64,000 bases of DNA, from positions 15,475-79,474 of the forward strand of contig CAKTTR010000001.1 of NCBI GenBank assembly GCA_934615645.1. Direction: 5' to 3'. A model generated the notes under the pieces. It made no database searches. It saw only the letters and a list, made by a program, of their open reading frames with translations, and was not told the DNA's origin. Positions within the stretch are counted from its first letter, which is position 1, and each line of letters begins with the position of its first letter. Origin of the DNA: an uncultured Oscillospiraceae bacterium (lineage in GTDB: Bacteria; Bacillota; Clostridia; Oscillospirales; Oscillospiraceae). The position numbers were made by a program, and so were the translations under genes. Shown here one piece after another: positions 56,711-64,000 of this stretch.

Positions 56711-57432
56711 TTGCCCAGCACGTAGCCGACGAGCCCATCGTAGCGGATAACGTACCAGCCGCCGGACTCGCCCAGGACCTCCACGGAGGCGTGGTCCGGG
56801 ACCTTTTGCAGCACCGGCGCAGTGGTCGAGGGGCCGCCGCGCAGATTCAGATTGCTGCCATCCGTCGAGACGACAGCGTTGCGGATTTCGCCCGGAGAGA
56901 GCAGCGGCAGGCCGAAATACTCGCATACGCCGGTGGCCAGCGCCCGGGCGATGGTCTGGAGATTGTTCTCAATCCACTGGGCGTCCTGGGGGTTATCGTG
57001 GTAGCCCAGCTCTGCCAGAACGGCTGGCGCCCGGGTGGCCCGCACCTCCACCAGCGAGGTGGTGGCCAGGGTCCGGACCTTCTCCGGCTGGGGATAGATG
57101 GGGCGGAGGTTATCGGCCAGAATATTGGCCATCCGCAGCGCCGGGGCGCTGGAGGGGTAGTAATAGAGGTCGATCCCGGTCTGCTGCCCGCTGGTCGCCG
57201 GGGGCGAGGCGTTGGAGTGCAGCGCCAGGTGGAAATCATAGTTGCCTGCGTTGCTCATCCGGATGGAATTGCCGACAGTCCCGGCGGGGTCGTTTCGGGA
57301 GACATTGATGCCGGAGGTCTCCAGGTACGGGGTCATGGCGTCGGCCAGGCGGTTCATCCAGTACTCCTCGTTCCCGGTGGTGACGTAAGGGTTATACTCC
57401 TGGGTCGAGGGGCTTAAAAATAAAAATGGCAT
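56692..57432 (-). CDS. N-acetylmuramoyl-L-alanine amidase (Amidase_3) with C-terminal SH3 domain, no signal peptide
   Basis: FHLALHSNAS, AVLAELGYHDN motifs; SH3-like tail (LNLRGGPSTTAPVLQKVP..GWYVIRYDGLVGYVL). 19-nt convergent overlap with rubrerythrin. Confidence 0.82.
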   Translation of the reverse strand: MPFLFLSPSTQEYNPYVTTGNEEYWMNRLADAMTPYLETSGINVSRNDPAGTVGNSIRMSNAGNYDFHLALHSNASPPATSGQQTGIDLYYYPSSAPALRMANILADNLRPIYPQPEKVRTLATTSLVEVRATRAPAVLAELGYHDNPQDAQWIENNLQTIARALATGVCEYFGLPLLSPGEIRNAVVSTDGSNLNLRGGPSTTAPVLQKVPDHASVEVLGESGGWYVIRYDGLVGYVLGNYLLFL

Positions 57433-57523
57433 AGTACGCTCACCGTCCTTTTCCCTTCAGTCTATGCAAGGGGCGCAGGCGCTGTGCGTACGGGTCCGCC
57501 TGGCTGCCGGGCGGGCTTTTTCC

Positions 57524-57552
57524 TTGCGCCGGGCGGGGATTTGTGGTAAACT
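57524..57552 (+). promoter_or_regulatory. galE promoter
   Basis: TTGCGC 57524-57529, 17 nt, TGgTAAACT (TAAACT 57547-57552). Confidence 0.45.
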
Positions 57553-57580
57553 GGAGGCAAGAAAGCGTAGGGGGTAAGCT

Positions 57581-58648
57581 ATGAGGGTTCTTTTGACCGG
57601 CGGCGCCGGGTATATCGGCGCGCACACCGCGGCGCTGCTGCTGCAGGCCGGGGTGGAGGTGGTCATCGCGGATGATTTTTCAGCCAGCGCGCCGGCGGTC
57701 ATCGGCAGGATCACGGCGGTGGCCCGGCAGGCCCCTTCGGTTTACCAGGTGGATGTGGCCGATACGGCGGGGCTGCAGACGGTCTTTGACCGGGAGCAGC
57801 CGGACGCGGTGCTCCATTTTGCCGGGCGAAAATCCGTGGCGGAGTCCGTGGCATCGCCCCTTGCTTATTATGCGAACAATCTGGGGGCGATCTTGTCCCT
57901 GCTGCAGTGTATGCGGCGCGCCGGGGTGAAGCGGCTCATCGTCTCTTCCTCCGCGGCGGTCTACGGCACGCAGGATGTCTCGCCGCTGACGGAGCGGGCT
58001 GCAGTCGGCGGCTGCGCCAGCCCTTACGGCTGGTCTAAATTTATGCTGGAGCAGATCGTGCGGGATGAAGCGGCGGCGCGGGGCGATTTTTCCGCAGTGC
58101 TGCTGCGCTATTTTAATCCCGCCGGGGCGCACCCCAGCGGCCTTTTGGGTGAGGACAGCGCATCTGGCAGCCTGATGACGGCGCTGGTGCAGACAGCGGC
58201 GGGCCAGCGCCCGGCGCTGCAGATCTGCGGCGGGGATTATCCCACGGCGGACGGCACCGGCGTGCGGGATTATCTCCATGTGATGGACCTGGCCCGGGGG
58301 CATCTGGCCGCGCTGCACTACAGCATGGTCCACGATGGCGTCGAGGCGGTCAATCTGGGCGCCGGGCGGGGCTGCAGTGTGCTGGAGCTGGTGGAGACCT
58401 TCCGCCGGGTCAACCATGTGACCGTCCCAGTGCAGATGGCCGCGCGGCGGCCTGGGGATGTTGCCGTCTGCTATGCGGATGTGGCCCGGGCCCGGGCGCT
58501 GCTGGGCTGGGAGCCTCGCTGCAGCCTGGCAGAGATCTGCCGGGATGCCTGGAACTGGCAGGTGAAAAATCCTGCAGGCTATGAGACGCAATGGAAGGAG
58601 CAAAGCAATGAGGGCGCAGTGGACGATCCAGGAGATCGCGCATATTGA
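57581..58648 (+). CDS. galE: UDP-glucose 4-epimerase
   Basis: VLLTGGAGYIGAH, catalytic SPYGWSKFM (YxxxK), DYLHVMDLA. The about 20-aa C-terminal extension overlaps the next gene by 41 nt. Confidence 0.92.
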   Translation: MRVLLTGGAGYIGAHTAALLLQAGVEVVIADDFSASAPAVIGRITAVARQAPSVYQVDVADTAGLQTVFDREQPDAVLHFAGRKSVAESVASPLAYYANNLGAILSLLQCMRRAGVKRLIVSSSAAVYGTQDVSPLTERAAVGGCASPYGWSKFMLEQIVRDEAAARGDFSAVLLRYFNPAGAHPSGLLGEDSASGSLMTALVQTAAGQRPALQICGGDYPTADGTGVRDYLHVMDLARGHLAALHYSMVHDGVEAVNLGAGRGCSVLELVETFRRVNHVTVPVQMAARRPGDVAVCYADVARARALLGWEPRCSLAEICRDAWNWQVKNPAGYETQWKEQSNEGAVDDPGDRAY

Positions 58649-59297
58649 GAGCGACTTTTCTGAAAAATTTGGCATCCCCCGGCAGAGCGGCCTGGTGGAG
58701 GAGCTCCAGGCGCGGATCGTGTTCGACCCGGCGTTCCGGGATGAAAACGCAGTGCGGGGGCTGGCGGAGTTTTCCCATATCTGGCTGGTCTGGGGGTTTT
58801 CCGCCAATGCCGGGCGCTGGTCGGCGACGGTCAAGCCGCCCCGGCTGGGGGGCAACACGCGCATCGGCGTCTTTGCGACCCGTTCGCCGTTCCGGCCCAA
58901 TTCTTTGGGCCTTTCCTGCGTTCGCCTGCTGCGTGTCGAGCCGCAGACGCCGCAGGGGCCAGTGCTCCATGTGGCGGGGGCCGATCTGCTGGACGGTACG
59001 CCCATCTGGGATATCAAGCCCTATCTGCCCTATGCTGACTGTGTGCCGGATGCTGCGGCGGGCTTTGCTGGCCGAAACCAGGAGGAGCCCCTGGCGGTCG
59101 AGCTGCCGCCAGCGCTGGCACGGCAGCTGCCGGAGGCCCAGGCGGCGGCCCTGCGCGGCGTGCTGGCGCAGGACCCGCGGCCCCGGTATCAGGATGATCC
59201 CGCGCGGATCTACGGCTTTGGCTTCGGCGGCTGGGAGGTGCGCTTCCAGGTGGCCGGGCGCTGCCTGACGGTCGTCAGCCTGGAAAAGAAAACATAG
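58608..59297 (+). CDS. trmO: tRNA (N6-threonylcarbamoyladenosine(37)-N6)-methyltransferase TrmO (TsaA-like)
   Basis: FGIPRQSGLV, HIWLVWGF, RSPFRPNSLGLS, DLLDGTPIWDIKPY signatures; GGAAGGAG RBS before ATG 58608. Confidence 0.88.
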   Translation: MRAQWTIQEIAHIESDFSEKFGIPRQSGLVEELQARIVFDPAFRDENAVRGLAEFSHIWLVWGFSANAGRWSATVKPPRLGGNTRIGVFATRSPFRPNSLGLSCVRLLRVEPQTPQGPVLHVAGADLLDGTPIWDIKPYLPYADCVPDAAAGFAGRNQEEPLAVELPPALARQLPEAQAAALRGVLAQDPRPRYQDDPARIYGFGFGGWEVRFQVAGRCLTVVSLEKKT

Positions 59298-59302
59298 TCA
59301 TG

Positions 59303-59345
59303 CGCCCCGGTCTGCGATTTTTTTGCAAGGCCGGGGATTTGTTTT
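59303..59345 (+). terminator. weak terminator after trmO
   Basis: CCCCGG / CCGGGG stem with a long loop, ATTTGTTTT tail. Confidence 0.35.
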
Positions 59346-59485
59346 GCCGAGCGGTAGCGCCGGGGCGAAAAACGTGGTAAAATAATTTAATAAGGCGCTG
59401 CCCAAGCGGCGTGCATATGGAAGAAATCGGGGTACGCCCCGGAGGATGATAGAGATCAAAAGAGTTTACCCGGGGAGGATATGGG

Positions 59486-62400
59486 ATGAAGCAACCCGTC
59501 AGCAGCCTCCGGCAGTGGATGCTGGAGCAGTATGCGCCGCAATTTCATTTGGAGAAGAAAACGCTGCTGAAGCAGCTGGATCAGGTGGGCTTTTACGCAG
59601 AGCGCTGCCTGCCACCGGTGGGCCAGCGGGTCAACTGCCAGCTGGTGCTCGATACCTGCAGGCTGTATTTGCAGACCCTGTGCCCGGAGCCGCCGGAGGG
59701 GTGGCTGGCGTTTTTATATGAGGAGATCTGCCAGAAAATGTTCCCGGAGACGGGCCATAGCCCGATGACGCCGGGGCAGCGGCAGGCGGCGGCGTTTTAT
59801 CTGGGCCTGCTGCGCTATGCCATCAGCCGGGAGAATTGCCCCTTTGACCCCTTAACGGATATCGACGCTGCGACGGAGGCGGAGCTGCAGCAAAGCCGCA
59901 TCGCTAAGGAATACGCCCGCTTCTGGAAGGCGGTGGAGGACGATTATTTTGTCGAGCTCATGCGCATCGGGCGGGAGATCATGCCCTTTGACCCGGCATC
60001 GCATACCATTGGCGTGCATCATGTGGCGGTGCATATGGCCCGGCAGGCGCTGCAGGCGGGGATCCCGGTGGACATTGCCCTGTGCAGCGCCGCGGCGCTG
60101 AGCCACGATATCGGCAAATTCGGCTGCCGTGGACGGGATGCCCGGCGGATCCCCTATCTGCACTATTACTTCACCTGGCAGTGGCTGGAGGGGCACGGTG
60201 TGCCGACGATTGCCAACATCGCGGCCAATCACTCGACCTGGGACCTGGAATTTGAGAACCTGCCCGGCGAATCGCTACTCCTGATCTACGCGGACTTCCG
60301 GGTCCGGGGCAACCGGGATGCCGAGGGACGGGAGCGGGTGCAGATCTTTTCCCTGGAGGCAGCCTACCAGGAAATCTTCCGCAAGCTGGCGGATATGACG
60401 CCGGAAAAGCAGCTGCGCTACCGGACGGTCTATGCCAAGCTGCATGATTTTGAGCAGTACCTGCTGAGCCACGGAGTGGACCCGGACCCGGTGCAGCGCG
60501 GCGCTTGTACGGCGTGCACGCCGAAAGCGGCTCTGCTGCCTCGGCGGGAGATCCCGCGGCAGATCTGCAATCTGACCTTCCACAACAATATCCGCCTGAT
60601 GCGCCAGATTACCCACGACGCATCATTCGAGCAGCTGCTGGAGCAGGCGCGCAATGAGAAAAATCTGCAGAGCGTGCGGACGTATCTGCACCTTTATTCA
60701 GAATATCACACGTATCTGACCCGGGCGCAGAAGCAAAAGCTGCTGGCGTTTTTATATGAGCTGCTGATGCACCATGACGGCGATGTCCGGCGGCGGGCGG
60801 CCCGGATGATGGGCCAGGTGCTGACAAACAGCGGGCCGAAATACCGCAAGGAGCTGCCGGCCGGTGTGCCGCCCCAGGCGGCGGCGCCGAATCTGCTCTC
60901 CTTTTTAAATGAGTCGGTCCAGATCTGGGCCAGCTATGCCGAGCAGTGCCTGCATCCGGATCAAAAGATCGCGCCGAAGCATGCGCTGCGGATCTCCAAC
61001 TCTCTGAAGATCGTGGCCGAGAGTATTTTTCGTCATCTGAGCCGCGAAAAATGGCCGGAGTATTTGGAGGTGCTGCTGGCCCAGGTGCGCAGGGACCTGC
61101 CCCAGGATCAGTTCGTGCTGCTAGACACGCTGAACCACGTGCCGGACGCCGCGTTTACGCCGCAGCAGGGCCAGGCGCTGCTGGTGCAGTTCGCCTCGCA
61201 TTTATCCGGCGCTGCGGAGCGGGAGCAGATTGCCGCGCTGCGCTTTTTCCGCAAGCTGCTGGCGATTGGCGACGAGGCGCTGCAGGCGGAGGTCCGCCGC
61301 GTCGCCCAGGCGCTGGAGCCGGGGGAGTCTTACGCCGTGGGCTACGAGCGGTCGGTCCTGCTGCGGGGCGCGGGGGAGACAGCCTCCTTGCGCAACGCAG
61401 AGCGGCAGCATCTTTACCTGAGCAATATGAAAATGGCCGTCCACTGGAGCGTGAAAATATCGCACATTGATATGCTGTGCGAAAATGTCACGGCGCATCC
61501 GGAGATGGCGTTCCACACGGCAATGCATTTGAGCAATCTGCTGTGCGTCAGCGAGCATCTGCCGGTGCGGGATTACGCGGGGGAGCATCTGGTCGCGCTC
61601 TGCGCCAAGCTCCCGGCGGACCAGCAGAATGAGCTGATGATCGACCTCATCCGCGAGCTGGAGACAGGGCGGGAGGAGGTCTCCCGTTATATCCCGAAAT
61701 TCCTGGGCCGGATGCTGTGCCAGCTGCCGGACTCTGCCTTTGCCGAGTGCCTGCAGTCCCTGGCGGAGCTGGTCCATTCGGACAATACCCTGGCTGCCAT
61801 GGCGGCGCTGACGACGCTGGCGGTGGTGCTGGCGAATCAGGCCGGAAGCGAAGCGGTGACGGAGCAGGTCTTTGGCCTGCTGCTGACAGGTGTGGCGCAT
61901 TTTGACGATATGATTCATCAGCGGGCCCTCTCGCTGATCTGCCGCCAGGTCTTTGACAATCCGGTTCTGCCGCTTTCCGTCCGGCAGCGGTATTTTATCC
62001 GCATCTGCAAAAAATTCCTGACGCTGCTGGAGGAGCCGCACCCGGGGCAGCTGAATTTCTTCACCTGTGCGGCGGCGCTGAACCATTTGTATCGCTTCCT
62101 GGTGCAGTGCCAGGTGCATCTGCCGGAGCCGGTGCTGCCGCCGGAGCGGCCCATCGCTTTCTTCCCCGGGACATTTGACCCCTTCTCCTCCGGCCATAAG
62201 CGCATCGTGCAGGAGATCTGCGCCAAGCAGTTTGATGTCTATCTGGCGGTGGATGAATTCTCCTGGAGCAAGCAGACGCTGGCCAAGCTGTTGCGGCGGC
62301 AGATCGCCAGCATCTCCGTGGCGGACCAGCTGGATGTCTATCTCTTCCCGGATGATATCCCCATCAACATCGCCATGGCGGAGGATCTGACCAGGCTGCG

Positions 62401-64000
62401 GCAGCTGCTGCCGAACCGGGCGGTCTATCTGGCCGTGGGCAGCGATGTGGTCCGCAACGCCTCGGCGTACCGGCCCGGCGCGACCGGCGGCGCGGCGGAC
62501 TTTGACCATATCGTCTTCTCCCGGGAGGAGACAGGCCAGCTGCCGCCGCTGGAGACGGTGATCCGGGGCAAGCTGGAGGTACTGCAGCTGCCGCCATTCT
62601 TTGACAGCGTCTCCTCCAGCCGGATCCGGGAGTATGTGGATAAGAACCTGGATATCTCCATGCTGGTGGACCCGATCGTGCAGAATTTTATCTACCGGCG
62701 GGGCCTGTATCTGCGGACGCTGCAATATAAAATGGTATTGCAGCCCCATAAGCTGTATTTTGAAAATGCCCAGGAGATCTTGCCGGAGATCCCGCAGAAG
62801 CTGGCGGAGAAGCTGGCCGGATGGCCGGGCGTGGCCAGCTGCGTGCTGCGCTCCCGGGCCACCGGCGGCCTCTGGGGCTGGGCCTGCGGACGGACGGTCC
62901 AGAGCTATCAGCTGCTGGATGTTTTGCAGGATGCCCAGGCGGCGTCCTGCGTCCGGGAGCGGGTCTCAGGGAATATCCTGCTGATCGACGGGGTCGGCGC
63001 TGTCGCGCCGGGGCAGAGCGTGGAGCGGCAGGTCCTCAATGAGCTGCTGGCCCGGGCCCAGGAGCGGAGCATCACCTATGCCATCTGCCGCTGCCCGGCT
63101 GCCGGGCCGCTGGAGCAGGCACTGCGGGAGCTGGGCTTTGCCCCGACGCCGGAGCAGCCGTCGGTCTGGGTGGTGGATATGCGCCGCCCGGTGGTGCTGA
63201 TCCTGGACGCGCTGCAGAAGCTGAAATCCCCCCACCGGGAGAACCCGAAGGTCATCCGGGCGGTGGAGAAGGCGCGGCGGGCGCTGCGGCTCTCCTTTGC
63301 CCAGATGTTCCCGGGGGATCTGATCTTGAGCTTTGATGTCGAGCTGCTGAACCAGGCGCTGCGCAGCCGGGTCCAGCGCTGCAACGGCGTGGCGGATGTG
63401 CCGCCTGGGGAGCGCCGCCTGGGCAGCAAGATGTGCGTGCCCTTCGGCAAAATCCTGGCCAATGACCTGGTGCCGAACACGGTGACAAAGCGGCTGGAGG
63501 TGGAAAAGGTATTCCTGCCCAATATCCGGGGGCTGGAGATCAAGGAATACCCCGGGTATTCGACGCTGGTCAACCAGGTCCGGACGATCAAGTCCTTCCG
63601 GCGGCCCATGATTTTGGTGGACGATCTGATGCACAACGGCTATCGGATGGAGTATCTGACGCCGCTGCTGCGGCAGGAGCAGGTGGAGATCGACCGGCTG
63701 ATCGTCGGGATCATGTCCGGCCGGGGCAAGGACCGGATGCGGCTGCAGGATATCGAGACGGAGTGCGAGTATTTCATCCCCGCCATGCGCTATTGGCAGA
63801 CGGAGAGCCTGCTCTACCCCTTCATCGGCGGCGACAGCGTTCTGACGAGCCGCAAGACGGAGATGCTGCCGACGATCAATCTGATCCTGCCGTATAAATA
63901 TCCGCATTTCTTCAGCGGCGTCCCCAAGCGGGCAATCTACGCCCTTTCGGAGACGGTGCTGGCCAGCACGCAGGAGATTCTGCGGGTGCTGGAAAAGGAG
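59486..64000 (+). CDS. giant multidomain protein (partial, >=1505 aa; no stop in window): HD phosphohydrolase + HEAT-like repeats + NadD/CoaD-type nucleotidyltransferase + GNAT-like + degenerate type-I PRTase-like domain
   Basis: Hand translation from ATG 59486 (GGGGAGGA RBS) is open to base 64000. Motifs: HTIGVHHVAVH..LSHDIGKFG..LIYADFRV (HD); HHDGDVRRRAARMMGQVL (HEAT); IAFFPGTFDPFSSGHKRIV and VSSSRIREYV ((H/T)xGH + ISSTxxR-like); RRPMILVDDLMHNGYRM (PRPP-loop-like). The long - strand ORFs here are antisense shadows. Confidence 0.8.
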   Translation, partial: MKQPVSSLRQWMLEQYAPQFHLEKKTLLKQLDQVGFYAERCLPPVGQRVNCQLVLDTCRLYLQTLCPEPPEGWLAFLYEEICQKMFPETGHSPMTPGQRQAAAFYLGLLRYAISRENCPFDPLTDIDAATEAELQQSRIAKEYARFWKAVEDDYFVELMRIGREIMPFDPASHTIGVHHVAVHMARQALQAGIPVDIALCSAAALSHDIGKFGCRGRDARRIPYLHYYFTWQWLEGHGVPTIANIAANHSTWDLEFENLPGESLLLIYADFRVRGNRDAEGRERVQIFSLEAAYQEIFRKLADMTPEKQLRYRTVYAKLHDFEQYLLSHGVDPDPVQRGACTACTPKAALLPRREIPRQICNLTFHNNIRLMRQITHDASFEQLLEQARNEKNLQSVRTYLHLYSEYHTYLTRAQKQKLLAFLYELLMHHDGDVRRRAARMMGQVLTNSGPKYRKELPAGVPPQAAAPNLLSFLNESVQIWASYAEQCLHPDQKIAPKHALRISNSLKIVAESIFRHLSREKWPEYLEVLLAQVRRDLPQDQFVLLDTLNHVPDAAFTPQQGQALLVQFASHLSGAAEREQIAALRFFRKLLAIGDEALQAEVRRVAQALEPGESYAVGYERSVLLRGAGETASLRNAERQHLYLSNMKMAVHWSVKISHIDMLCENVTAHPEMAFHTAMHLSNLLCVSEHLPVRDYAGEHLVALCAKLPADQQNELMIDLIRELETGREEVSRYIPKFLGRMLCQLPDSAFAECLQSLAELVHSDNTLAAMAALTTLAVVLANQAGSEAVTEQVFGLLLTGVAHFDDMIHQRALSLICRQVFDNPVLPLSVRQRYFIRICKKFLTLLEEPHPGQLNFFTCAAALNHLYRFLVQCQVHLPEPVLPPERPIAFFPGTFDPFSSGHKRIVQEICAKQFDVYLAVDEFSWSKQTLAKLLRRQIASISVADQLDVYLFPDDIPINIAMAEDLTRLRQLLPNRAVYLAVGSDVVRNASAYRPGATGGAADFDHIVFSREETGQLPPLETVIRGKLEVLQLPPFFDSVSSSRIREYVDKNLDISMLVDPIVQNFIYRRGLYLRTLQYKMVLQPHKLYFENAQEILPEIPQKLAEKLAGWPGVASCVLRSRATGGLWGWACGRTVQSYQLLDVLQDAQAASCVRERVSGNILLIDGVGAVAPGQSVERQVLNELLARAQERSITYAICRCPAAGPLEQALRELGFAPTPEQPSVWVVDMRRPVVLILDALQKLKSPHRENPKVIRAVEKARRALRLSFAQMFPGDLILSFDVELLNQALRSRVQRCNGVADVPPGERRLGSKMCVPFGKILANDLVPNTVTKRLEVEKVFLPNIRGLEIKEYPGYSTLVNQVRTIKSFRRPMILVDDLMHNGYRMEYLTPLLRQEQVEIDRLIVGIMSGRGKDRMRLQDIETECEYFIPAMRYWQTESLLYPFIGGDSVLTSRKTEMLPTINLILPYKYPHFFSGVPKRAIYALSETVLASTQEILRVLEKE

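Overview
The window is a GC-rich Firmicutes/Clostridia-type chromosomal segment. It has SLH-anchored surface proteins, Bacillus-like operon logic and high-GC codon usage; an Oscillospiraceae-like origin is only my inference. It is almost entirely core chromosome. I support about 53 CDS, one tRNA-Arg(ACG), one lysine riboswitch, and many sigma-A-like promoters and intrinsic terminators. I saw no transposase, integrase, prophage block, CRISPR array or rRNA.

Gene content, left to right:
- a two-gene NuoE/NuoF-fusion plus GltD-like iron-sulfur flavoprotein operon
- hemW-lepA
- adenine deaminase
- a MerR-controlled amidohydrolase operon
- the acetylase-branch DAP/lysine genes (dapH, N-acetyl-DAP deacetylase, L-box-dapA-dapB)
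- uvrA, radC, an orphan DltA-like adenylase and greA
- yhaN/yhaO-like nuclease genes, ymdB, a degenerate TrpD paralogue and uvrB
- a heterodimeric ABC exporter
- jag-yidC-yidD-rnpA-rpmH
- larE-larB plus a split, order-swapped larC
- a DUF1273/XRE pair, an M23 peptidase and purB-purA
- an SLH alpha/alpha-toroid protein plus a DUF4430 lipoprotein
- nrdR, an EamA transporter, an OMP-decarboxylase-fold protein lacking its catalytic motif, and a His-phosphatase-GNAT fusion
- SLH/CHAP and amidase cell-wall hydrolases, rubrerythrin, galE and trmO
- a giant (>1505 aa, truncated by the window end) multidomain HD / nucleotidyltransferase / PRTase-like protein that is absent from the supplied ORF track

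The most unusual items are:
1. the giant multidomain protein
2. the pseudo-OMP-decarboxylase coupled to the phosphatase-GNAT fusion
3. the permuted split larC
4. the surface transcobalamin-like pair
5. the Stn-like flavoprotein operon without a catalytic partner
6. a 640-bp non-coding gap ending in a strong orphan terminator

Limits: everything comes from reading the sequence and the ORF track by eye. I ran no database search, no covariance model and no folding. Start codons were chosen from RBS spacing and may be off by a few codons. Family names are motif-based.
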